Assembly (NCBI RefSeq): GCF_009914755.1
Contig: NC_060939.1
Direction: 5' to 3' (one strand)
Length of the DNA stretch: 64,000 nt
Source of the DNA: the human T2T-CHM13v2.0 reference genome, Homo sapiens
Shown: positions 54,152 to 64,000 of the stretch, one piece after another
Position numbering within the stretch: position 1 is the first letter of the stretch
Layout of the letters: every line of letters starts with the position of its first letter
Made by a program: the position numbers and the translations under genes
Notes under the pieces: generated by a model
Told to the model about the DNA's origin: nothing
Databases searched by the model: none
What the model saw: only the letters and a program-made list of their open reading frames with translations

Positions 54152-54810
54152 GAAACTCCATCTCAAAAAAAAAAAAAAAAAAAAAAAATCTCCCAAAGAA
54201 ATACCAATAAACAAGAAAATAGTCAAATGTCAAAAAAAAAAAAAAAAAAAATTTATATTCTGAAGCCTACAGAAACCATTAAGAGAACAAAATGAAGAGT
54301 TATTACTACTAATAAGACAAAAAAAGATGAAATAGGACTATAAGGTACTCAGTAATTCTAAATAAAGGAGGCAACAAAGGAGAGATGGGAGAAATGGAAA
54401 AGAAATAGCAAGACGATAAATCTAACCTGACCATACCAATCATTGTGTTGCATGTGAGTGGTCTGCATACCCTAATTAAAAGGCATAAATTAGCAGACTG
54501 GGTAGAAAGATAAGACTTAATTATGTGCTGGCTACAATGTAAACTCACTTATATGTAAAGGCCACTAAGGCTAACGTAAAAGGATGGAAAGAGTCCTACT
54601 ATGTTACACTTACCTATAGAAATTTGGAAAGGCTATATTATATCAGAGAAAGTATATTTAAGAGCAAAAAATTCTAGCAGGGGTAAAAATGCCACTTAAT
54701 AATGATACAGAGGTCAATTCATCAACAGAAAATTATAGTTCGAGCATTTATGCACCTAATATCAGGGATTCAAAATACATGAAATAAAGACTGAGAGAAT
54801 AGGAATGTGA
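50380..54810 (+). mobile_element. Ancient L1M (ORF1 to ORF2 start), split by the SVA
   Basis: Degenerate ORF1; ORF2 endonuclease start at ~54430-54800. Confidence 0.65.
51608..54246 (+). mobile_element. Full-length SVA (SVA_E-like) with a 3' transduction
   Basis: (CCCTCT)n head, Alu-like region, GC-rich VNTR ~52070-53620, SINE-R, AATAAA/polyA at ~54117; perfect 16-bp TSD aaaaatttatattctg (51592-51607 / 54247-54262). Subfamily from recalled diagnostics (gccaaagctggacggtac, ggctcattggggatggg). Confidence 0.97.
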
Positions 54811-55498
54811 ATAGTCACCAAAAGTGGAAAACAAACAGGCACTAGCACTTAGAAAAGTCACAGTTAGATTTATTCTTAGCCAAGTTTGAGGACTTAAGCC
54901 CAGGAACACAGATTCAGTATAGACTGAGACTATGTCCCAAAGTAGGCTGCATGAGGCACTGTATATATACATTTTCTAACAGGGCACAGTAAGTTTTTTT
55001 AAACTTTAATTTGGTTCTGGATATTTAATAATATATTAATAGCCATTATATGATCTGCTCCATGTTTTCCCCTAGAAAGTAAATTTGAAAACTTGGTATA
55101 GATATCAATATATAAAACTCTAGTAACGCTATCAGATTTGGTATAGATATCAATATATGAAACCCTAGTAACTCTATCTTATTCTAAGGTCTATCTTTTC
55201 TAAATATATTCCCATAGCAAAGTAACCACATAATCACACATTTACAACTAAACACTCATGTAAGTTAAAGGGGTATTTTTCCCCTGGAAGTCATAATGAT
55301 ATATTGCATTAGGCAATTACAGATTTGAAGAACGGATAGTGCCCCATTCAGAGTGGTTACTTAGGACATTATAATGGGAGTGTCACATTTATCATGGCAT
55401 ATAGGAGACACGATGCTTAAATACAATGGAAAGGCCATTAATGTAGAAAGGTTTTAAAACTGTCATCAGATCCATTAGAGTTGATACCAGTATTTTAC

Positions 55499-56894
55499 AT
55501 AAAAATTGCCTGCTGTGAGGATAAAGGTATCTGAGATCAGATCATTTGAAGAAAATCAAATAAGATACTTGATTGCTAGATGACATGGCTGTTAAAAGAA
55601 CAGACACAAATATATATGAATAGAAGCTTAATGCATTGAAGACAGAAATGTCAAGAGAAAAACTTCCTTAAAAGTAGGCTGATTCTTTGGTTAGAAGCCA
55701 AAATAAAATGGAGATTCTCTTTTCCAGAATAGTCTTGGGGATAATACTTTTTTGTCTATAATAAAAGAATATTCATCAACATATTCATACACTATGGGCT
55801 CAGTCAAGTAATCCAATCAAGTACATCATCAAAGTGATCTCTGGTGTCTTCTTTCTTAAATCTTAACGTGGAAAAAAATGCCACTAAAAAGTTGTTTAAA
55901 CTTTTAGTATCTCCGTGCTTCAAAATCAATATTAGGTTTTTCTTTCTATATTCTGACATTGACTAAGGTGTGTACTTGGATAAAGACCCAATATAAACAG
56001 ATTAGTGCACCGTGCTCTTCAATTTTTAGTAATGAGGAGGTTATCAGAAGGACTTCTGTCTAATACAAAAGCACACACAACTAGTCTCAGTCTGAAAGTC
56101 ATCAGCTTTTTGAAGTTCTGAAATAAGTCTTATCTTCGGGGTTATATTCAGTGTTAGTGGAATTGTTAGGCAACTACTTTTCTTATGCTTACAAAATAAT
56201 TGACATTTTATAAGATGGCAACTGAAAGAAGAAGAAAAGTTCTGCCTAATGGGTTAACATGATAGGATTTTAATGCATTTATGGCAGGACTGTGATCCAA
56301 TCTGAGTAGTTCTTGAGTCATCCTCCCACCTACTTGACATTTTATTCAGACATCCTCTGCGTTTCGCATTACTAACCAAAATGAAGGCAAAATCCTATGA
56401 GGAGCTCAAGGATCCTCACTTAAAGAGCTAGAATCTAAATGCCCAACACATGAAAATGAAAATATAATGAAATTGGAAAGGAGTGTGCCAAGAAAGCATT
56501 CCTGCCTAGAAAAGCAATGTAGCTGGGTTTTAACAAGGTCTAATAATGGTCCAAGTTATGCCTTCTTGTCCCTGTGCCTTCCACTCAATTAAGAATGCTG
56601 GCAGTACACAGGGTGGCTCACAAGTGCTCCCCTCAATTTGCGGTAACAAAGTGCTGGCACCCCCTGTGCCCTTCACCAATCCGGTGGTCATTTATGGTAT
56701 ATGTGTAGATTTACACTTAATCACACTTGTCTGTATTTAACCAACAGAGTAATCATATGAAGATATTTCTCAGAGGCATTCAAGCCACTTAGCATATCAA
56801 AATATTCATCACTTGAGGGAAAAGATCCTATGTCATTCTTTCTTTTTTCTGCTTTACTGCATTTTCAGAGTATTTCAAATGAGCTGCATTTATT
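55499..56894 (-). pseudogene. Cluster of dynein-like pseudo-exons, AAA3 lid to AAA4 (56742-56894, ~56334-56394, 56134-56221, ~55791-56059, 55499-55588)
   Basis: Strong acceptors. ...LTIPLTLNITPK|TEVLLITSSLLKIEEHGALICLYW cf. '[35 protein letters not shown]'. The donor at 56128-56133 reads ataaga (apparent GT>AT). Confidence 0.7.
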
Positions 56895-57087
56895 CTAAAA
56901 GAGGAAAAGTTAAAGGAAACTTTAAAATAGGGTGCATCCCAAATCAGAGTAAACTCCTTTTAGATTAATAAAGACATAAAACAAGTAAAGTCGCTCATCA
57001 AAGAGAAATTTCTAAACAGACGTCATACGTCTTTTCTAAGACTATCTGTGTGCATCCTGACGCAAAATAGGAAGAGGAATGACCTAC

Positions 57088-57603
57088 CGTCTGACTAATT
57101 GCTACAGTCTTCCAAAAATATCTCCAGTTTAGGTCATTGTTTCCTAATTTATTATTTTATGGAAATCAAATCTTTTACTTCATATTCCTTTGAAAGAAGG
57201 AGGAAACCTAGATTTCAGTTTGTAACAGTTTTTGCTGCAGACTGTTTTGCTTTTGTGGTCATTCTTGGGTACAGTCTCATGAGCCAGCTGGTATTAGTAT
57301 GAGATAGTGCACACTAATGAGACGGCAGAATCCTCTTGATAGGTTTAGCCTGTGATAACCTTCGTCTTAATTCTGTTTTGTGGTCTGGAAACTATTTTGA
57401 ACATATGCTACTTTGGGAATTTTACTCTCTCCAAACCATTTTCAATTCGGCATTTTATATTAGAAAATTGCTATGGGTCATTTATTAATAAATCTTCTTA
57501 GGATTACACAATTCTTAGGCTCATGTGGTCATTAATGGTACCAAATAAATCATGATCCATCCTTAGTTCGATTATGATGGTGAAATAAGATGTAACTTTT
57601 GTT
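57088..57603 (-). pseudogene. Dynein-like pseudo-exons, AAA3 Walker B to lid
   Basis: 62-nt exon 57542-57603 (TKVTSYFTIIIELRMDHDLFG) is in phase with the previous exon. Then LSRGFCRLISVHYL (cf. 'TPRFLRHFNII') and LNWRYFWKTV (cf. 'FNLRDFSRVI'); donor ACG|gtaggt. Confidence 0.7.
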
Positions 57604-57869
57604 CTATTTTAAAGTTAAGTTCATAATAGGAATAGTTTGATTTTGCACACACAGATTGCGTGTGTGTGTGTGTGTATTTGTGTGTTGTGGAATAATGGGT
57701 AACATAATTATATCCATTTATTTTGTTTTAACTATCTTTATTCTCTTACTATTATACTTTAATGCCCATTTAAGCTATCATTTCTAGCTAGTCAGTTGGT
57801 ATTAAAATCTCAAATGATGCATACTTCAATTAGGAGTGAAGATTCCTTTGATTTGTTCATTAAAAATAC

Positions 57870-58407
57870 TTTTAAAAAGGTAACAAAAATACAAACTTCC
57901 TGTCTTTTACATTTTGGTAAATTTTTCATTAGCTTGTAGCCATTTGCATTTCTATTCTTCTGCCAAAGTTGAAAATACTTCTATTGAAAAAAAAAAAAAA
58001 GAAGGAAAACACCTGTTTTGGGTCTAATTATGAATTGCAGAGAACTATCATTCCTAATTACTAAATAGCTACAGAATTCCCATTTAAGTCAAATCAACTA
58101 CACTTGAAAATAAACCTAGAATTTAAATGTTATCATCATTTATAATTTATTCTACTTCTGCACAGAAAAAGAAGGCTCAATTCAAAAGAAAGCCTTGGAT
58201 AGATGTGTGCTTTGTAAATCTTGCTTGATGGTTTTAACACAGATGACACCAAATTTTGAAGAATTGAATGAGAAGCAGCTTTTTTTTTCTTAAAGCACAT
58301 TTTTCAAATTAATCTTAACTTATTCTTGATAGTTTCTTCACCTCCCACCCAAGAAAAGACAACCTGCAATAATTCTAAAAATATTTTTATATTACCATTT
58401 AAATCTT
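57870..58407 (-). pseudogene. Dynein-like pseudo-exon block, AAA2 lid to AAA3 Walker A
   Basis: Acceptor ggtgtttttag, donor AA|gtattt. FLELLQVVFSWVGG (cf. 'FSLIWSVGA'), LQFIIRPKTGV (cf. 'VLFVGPTGTGK'), SIFNFGRRIEMQ..KDRKFVFLLP (cf. 'FINFSARTS..KRRKGVFGPP'). Confidence 0.75.
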
Positions 58408-58819
58408 CTAAAAACACCAATATGAAGCCATATTTAAGAAAATTTTGCACATAAAATAACTACTTTTAATTCAAGAGAATAAGTATAATTAGATCTCAAA
58501 GGCTGAAACAGATAACATCTACTACTCATACATTAGTAGAATCAATGACCCAAAGAAATCCAATGCTAATTTCTCAGGCAAAATTACTGAGAGTATGACT
58601 GTTAGACCTCAAATGCAGTTATAATTCTCTTAGGAAAGACCAAATTCTCCCAGCATCAATCTTTAATTTGTAGACATAGTTCAGTTTCCTCCTGGATACT
58701 ACCAATCAGTACCCCCAATGTAGGGAGCATTTATGTTGATTTTAAGTCATTTTAGGCATTAATTCATGCCATATATCATAATGCATATATTATAATTACA
58801 TATTTCTTTAAAAAGGCAT

Positions 58820-59150
58820 TTAAATATGAGAACAATATAGCTGCTAGAAGAAATTCTAAGGGAAGAAACCAGTAGCCACTTTTCTTAGCTCTGTCTTGTT
58901 AGCCAAGCCTTCTTCTGTAGGTTATTTTAGACATGTTTGTTTATGGCTACTTCAAATATGGTCACAAATAACCTTGCTGATTCTCTTTCTCTAAAAATCA
59001 CATGATATAGCACATATTCTGACAAAAGCACACATTGCAGTATTGATTTACAGAGGAATATGACAACAGTCCAGGTTAGGTCGATGGCAAGGTTTAGCAT
59101 TCTCTTAGGATTCCATGTGCAAATGATGATTTACAATCAGTTGAGTGCAT
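58820..59150 (-). pseudogene. Dynein-like pseudo-exon(s), AAA2 core
   Basis: IIICTWNPKRMLNLAIDLTWTVVIF cf. '[27 protein letters not shown]'; LFVTIFEVAINKHV*NNLQ...EKWLLVSSLRISSSSYIVLIFK cf. '[42 protein letters not shown]'. May be one or two exons. Confidence 0.8.
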
Positions 59151-59216
59151 CTTAAAATATATATGCATCAACAAAAAAAACATAAATTGCTGTGTTGTGA
59201 TTTTTTTTCACTTTAC

Positions 59217-59395
59217 ACATCCTTTGTTTTTCTTCTTTTGGAGTTTTCATGTGAGGTATTATTGGTTTTAAGCCCACAAAGAAAGATAATGGAATCTGTA
59301 AGCCTGCTTTGGGAATCAGGATAATTCTAGAAACCCTCACTAATCCTTGGTAGAGATAAAACAATACCACCTCTGTATTTTTCTCACATACAGCT
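59217..59395 (-). pseudogene. Dynein-like pseudo-exon, AAA2 start and Walker A region
   Basis: Acceptor ctccttccttcccag; open frame AVCEKNTEVVLFYLYQGLVRVSRIILIPKAGLQIP cf. '[26 protein letters not shown]'. Donor approximate. Confidence 0.75.
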
Positions 59396-59469
59396 CTGGG
59401 AAGGAAGGAGCTCAGTATATATACTCTGTTTCCAACTCTTTCTCTAATAGTAAATAAATTATTCAAACA

Positions 59470-59690
59470 CAGACTTTGGAATTGGGAGAACTATATTTGA
59501 GTTCTGGCATTTTCACTCACTAAGTGTGTGACTTTGGGCAAGTCACTTACATCTTTACATCTCCGTGATATCCCCCACAAGAATGGGGATAAAAATTGTA
59601 TCAAACTCCTAGTGTACATAAGATAATTTGGTGAAACAGTACATGTAAAGAAATTAACAGCTGATCCAATGTTCAATAAATGTTACTGTT
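59470..59690 (+). mobile_element. MIR
   Basis: tgtgtgactttgggcaagtcactta core; tcaataaatgtta end. Confidence 0.75.
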
Positions 59691-59943
59691 ACCATTATTT
59701 TTGAAAGTCATAATTTTTTGTCAGCTTTATTACAATAAAATTCACCCATGAATTTTTATCATATATACAGTAGCCTAACCACGGCCACAGTCATGAAATT
59801 GAACATATCCATCATCCTAAAATGTTATCACAGTCATAGACTTTTAAGACCTGAATAAAATTTAGTGGCATCTAGTCTAATTTTTGTTTTATATGTAAGA
59901 AAACTAAGGTTTTTTTGAGGTGCAGAAAATTGCTCATACTCAC

Positions 59944-60284
59944 TTATCTCAGCAGTATCAAAGTTCATTAAATATTTTGTTTCTTTCCTCTGGACTCAGT
60001 TCTCTGCTGCTTCATCACACTGGCTCTTTTGTGGTCAAAAGTTTTCTGGGTGTGGTAGAACAGGCTACTATGCAGAGTAGAGATTTCACGGAAGGATAGG
60101 AATGAGAGAGAGATTTCCAAAGAAATAGAGCAACATGTGGGCAATGCATGAGTGACCAATAAAATGCTGCCTGCTTCCAAATTTGAGTGCATGAAAGATT
60201 ATTCACTCTTTCAGTCAAGACGCATTCACAAAATTTTCTTTATCACTGGAATTCAGGAATTTCAATAGTGTATCCAAAGTACAA
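59944..60284 (-). pseudogene. Dynein-like pseudo-exon, AAA1 C-terminal part
   Basis: Donor |gtgagt at 59938-59943; acceptor apparently mutated (ttttcccttttctacat). ERVNNL/HSNLEAGSILLVTHALPTCCSISLEISLSFLSFREISTL cf. '[42 protein letters not shown]'. Confidence 0.8.
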
Positions 60285-60398
60285 TGTAGAAAAGGGAAAA
60301 TAATATGCACATTAAACAAATAAACTATAAAATTTGGGAGTGAGGTGGGTGTGTGACAGAATAAGAAGATTGTATTAGAGAAACAAGAAGGACTTCAC

Positions 60399-60681
60399 CC
60401 AACATGGACACAAAACAAAAATCATATGGACATTTAAAAAAATATATATCAAACTCTGTTTTTCTTGGGAGGATCTGATGATTTTTTGTTGGAGACTTTA
60501 GCTTATTTTACACCAAGTTATGACAGCCTTGTATCCTAGGTCTGATTGGGCTTTTTAAGCATTATAGAGTTTGTCATTCAGAATCACAGAATTTCAGCAA
60601 TTCTGGTTCTTTTGAGATAAAAGGGCCTCACACTTCCTGCCATCTTTCTCTTATCAAATGCCTGGGTAAGAGAAATGATAC
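60399..60681 (-). pseudogene. Dynein-like pseudo-exon, AAA1 Walker A/B region
   Basis: Acceptor tgtatgtag, donor TTGG|gtgaag; IISLTQAFDKRKMAGSVRPFYLKRTRIAEIL* cf. '[31 protein letters not shown]'. Several stops. Confidence 0.75.
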
Positions 60682-61312
60682 CTACATACAGTAGATAAAA
60701 ATAGTGGCTTTCTAACATTTTATCATTAGATACTGTAAAACAATTTTGAAAACTATGAATCATCTTGTACATTTGAAGTTGACATCTAAAATTTTCCATC
60801 ATTTTAACTTTAGTATCAAAGAATACATAAAAGCTGTTTTTTAAATTAACACTTTAAAATAATACTGGTAGATCACTATTTGAAACATTTTCAATAAAAT
60901 GTGATTGTTACCATGATTTCATACCCACCATTATTCATTAAAGGAAAATATGAACAAGGTATTTTTCACAAATCTAATGTCATTCCATTTTGATCTTGAT
61001 GTTTTTTTATTCCCCCTCAACATATAATCTTATTCTTGTAAAATATATTTTATGTTATGAAAATATTTTCTAGATTACACTATACTACTTAATGGCAGCA
61101 AATACACACACATATAAATAAACATCAATTTTTAAATCATTTTCTATAGGCATTTATGTCGACCAACGGAAAATCCATTTATTACAAATTTCGATAAGTA
61201 ATCATTAAGGACAATAAGTAAAATGGAATTAAAATGTATTTTTTAATGAAATAAATTAAGCTCTTGTTTCATTTCAGTTTGTGTACCCTCCTTGAAAATA
61301 AAACAGGGTTCA

Positions 61313-61704
61313 CATATGTTCTCACTCCTGTATGGAAGCTAAAATAGTTGATCTCATATAAAACAGTAGTGTATTGGTTACTAGAGGCTGGGAAAGTGGG
61401 TAGGAAAATAGAGGTTGGTTAATGGATACAAAATTTCAGCTAGGTAGAATAAATAAGTTCCAGGGTTCTATAGCATTGTAGGGTGACAATAGTTAAAAAT
61501 AATTTATTGCATGTTTTCAAAAAGCTAAAAGAGAGGCTTTTGAATGTTCCCAACACAAAGAAATAAATGTTTGAGGTGTTGGGTATGCTAATAACCTAGT
61601 TTTGATCATTACACATTGTGCACATGTATTAAAATATCACTCTATATCCCACAAATAAAAAAATTACATGTCAATTGAAAAAATTTAAAAACTAATTAAT
61701 TTTT
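61313..61704 (+). mobile_element. 5'-truncated L1MA (MA4/5-like) 3'UTR
   Basis: 18-bp TSD aaaataaaacagggttca / aaaatgaaacaggattca. Confidence 0.88.
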
Positions 61705-61799
61705 AAAATGAAACAGGATTCAGATCAATTATAGACATATGCATCAAGATAAATTGTCATAAGTAAATAGATTGGAATTAAGAGTTTTGTTACAGCAGT

Positions 61800-62285
61800 G
61801 AAACTCAATTCATTGAACTCCTTTCAAATTGTAAGACAAAAATTGATTTTCACTGAAATTTATCTATAATAATCCAATTGCTAGAGTAGTTCTTCATTCG
61901 ATTTTATTGAGAAGAAAGAATTAGAACCCAGATGATTGTCCAAATAACTTATTTCCCAGTCATTGCTATCATTTAAATTATCCCTTTGATTGGACCTTCA
62001 CCCACAGGTAAGGTATTATGTATGATTTCCTTTGTGTGAAATCTATGGCTTTCTTTTGTAAAGTGAGAAAAAAACTATGAGAGGGAAATTAGTTAAAGAG
62101 AATAAATGGGAAGCCTCTAGCATAGTTGACCACTGGAAAATTGCCATGCAAATCAATTCTAGGAAACTACACATTTGGGGGTTTAAGATTTGGAAATGGA
62201 TTTTCTTAAAACTATTCCTGCCAGGGTGCCTAGTGGAAAGTGTAAATGGATCCTCAGGGGAAGGGATATTCCAGTATAAAGAACA
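61800..62285 (-). pseudogene. Dynein-like pseudo-exon, linker region
   Basis: Acceptor ttcttacttcag; ~80 open codons CSLYWNIPSPEDPF...TNFPLIVFFS, then after a frameshift ...SYIIPYL, cf. 'WLYLEPIFSSEDI', 'FFPRFFFLS', 'RVQPHL'. Left boundary approximate. Confidence 0.7.
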
Positions 62286-62356
62286 CTGAAGTAAGAAACC
62301 TAAGACTAATTTTACCTATGAAATTTTTCTTATGTTGCTCTTTAGGCCTCTACTAA

Positions 62357-62438
62357 GTTACATCATCAGAAAACTACATGCATCCTCAGTGAGAAACATT
62401 CCCACTGAGATATAAGGTAGTCTTGATATTTTTGAAGG
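62357..62438 (-). pseudogene. Dynein-like pseudo-exon, linker (DHC_N2) region
   Basis: Acceptor tttttttcactctttcag; reads LQKYQDYLISQWECFSLRMHVVSDD, cf. recalled 'IREWEEKLLLMQEILDE'. Donor position uncertain. Confidence 0.6.
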
Positions 62439-62539
62439 CTGAAAGAGTGAAAAAAACATATGCCATTAGCTAGAAATAAGATTAACTCAAGACTGCACTT
62501 GTGGGCCAATAGAAAAAAATTATTTCAAGATAACTTTAG

Positions 62540-64000
62540 GGCTTCCAGTTTCTGGCCTGACACATAAGGACCTTAGAAGTTGCTGCTCCCTCATAATAAC
62601 AAGTAAAAAGTTGAGGAAAAAAACTGAAAAAAGAAGTTAGATCTATAAGAGAAGTGAAATCACAAGGAAAAGCTCCCAAAATTAAAGAGATGGGCAAACG
62701 GATACATAGAATCACAATTTAACTGGGGCAGAAATCTTCTTAAGGAACAATACCTGAGTAAGAAAACCTGAACTTTAATTGACGAATTTTTGGAGGCTCA
62801 GAGTGGACAATTCTGAAAGTTAAAAATTTGAGAGGGAGTAATGTCAGACCTCAGCAGGATAGTAGAATAGGAGGTCCCAGGCTTCAATAACCCCTGAAGA
62901 AATGCACAGACACCAAAACAAGGACACAAGGATTACAATGAGAAACTAAGAAAACTCCAAGACTGGGCCCTAAAGAAACAGAAATCTATGAAATTACAAG
63001 CAAATAATTTGAATCATCCTTGTAAAGAAATCCAATTAACTATAAGAATATACAGATTTTAAAAATAAACATTTGGAAAACAGTACACAAAGAAAATTAA
63101 AAGTTTGACCAAGACATATTAATAATAAAAAATGAAAAATCTAGGCATGAAGAACACAAGGCTAAACTGAAAAAAAAAATGCAATAGAAATATTTAATGG
63201 AAGGCTTAATAATCTGAAAAAAATAAGTGAGCTTGAAGACACAACATATGAAAGTATAGTCAGAGGAGCACAAAGAAAAAATAATAAGAAAGAATGAAGA
63301 AAGCCTACAGGAATTATGGGACATCATAAGGAGACCTAACTTCACATAATAGAAATTCTAGAAGGAAAAGAAAGAGAAAAAGGATCAGATAAAATATTTG
63401 AAGAAATTAATGACTTCCCTAATCTGGGGAAAGATGTCAACATCCCAGTACAGAAAGTACAGAGGCCCTCAAACAAATTTCAACTGTAAGAAATTTTACC
63501 AAGACATATAATAATCAAACTATCAAAAATCAAAGGCAAAGACAAAATTCTGAGAACAGCAATAGGTAAGAAACACATCACATACCAAAAGTCCCAATAC
63601 AACTATCCATGGTTTGCTCAACAGAAACCCTGCAGGCCACGAGACAGTTGGAGTATATATCAAAGCGCTGAAGGAAAAATAATTAACAGCCAAGAATATT
63701 TTACACAGCAAATCTGTTAATCATAAATGAGGGAGAAATAAAACCTTTCCCAGACACACAAAGACTAAGGGAATTTATTACCACCAGGCTTGCCTTATAG
63801 AAATTGTTAAAGAAAGTGCTTTTAGCAGAAGAAAATAAGACTAATAACAAAACTTATGAAAGACAAAACTTAATGGCATAAGACAGAGCTATATTAAGAT
63901 TACTCTAGGTCTATAACAGTGCTGTGTAAAGCAATTTTATCTATAGTGTGAAGGTTAAAATACAAAACTATTACCAACAACTATTGCTAAAATAAAGTGT
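62540..64000 (+). mobile_element. Old L1M 5'UTR and ORF1 fragments
   Basis: ORF1-like segments gaatgaagaaagcctacaggaattatggg and cagaaaccctgcaggcca. Confidence 0.75.

Noticed and set aside
51863-54226. Many overlapping Pro/Gly/Arg-rich ORFs up to 206 aa
   Set aside because: They are translations of the stop-poor, GC-rich SVA VNTR and SINE-R, not genes.
57018-57074. CRE/ATF-like motifs (agacgtca, tgacgcaa) with retained CpGs as a possible enhancer
   Set aside because: Short motifs occur by chance and there is no independent support; the region sits among pseudo-exons.
61960-62013. Plus-strand mini-exon candidate ending ACAG|gtaagg
   Set aside because: No partner exons on the plus strand; the same bases fit the minus-strand dynein linker frame.

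Overview
AT-rich, repeat-dense primate genomic DNA, almost certainly human: it holds a full-length SVA with SVA_E-type diagnostics, plus AluY/S/J, L1PA/PB/MA/MB/M, ERV/MaLR LTRs and Tigger/hAT MITEs. No intact protein-coding gene, RNA gene or CRISPR array is supported, and most ORFs in the track are repeat-derived. The main result lies in the non-repetitive DNA. On the minus strand about 30 exon remnants, mostly with canonical AG/GT splice sites and mostly phase-compatible junctions, run from ~62.4 kb down to ~6.9 kb. Their translations follow dynein heavy chain domain order (linker, AAA1-4, stalk CC1-MTBD-CC2, AAA5, AAA6, C-terminal domain). This looks like an unprocessed pseudogene of an extremely divergent dynein-heavy-chain-like gene with degenerate P-loops, whose 5' part lies beyond the right edge. 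The family assignment rests on by-eye comparison with dynein motifs recalled from memory and needs an HMM/tBLASTn check. Other notable structures are a young L1PA whose 5' junction captured an inverted copy of its own target flank, an SVA with a 3' transduction, and a MaLR LTR inserted inside one of the dead exons.
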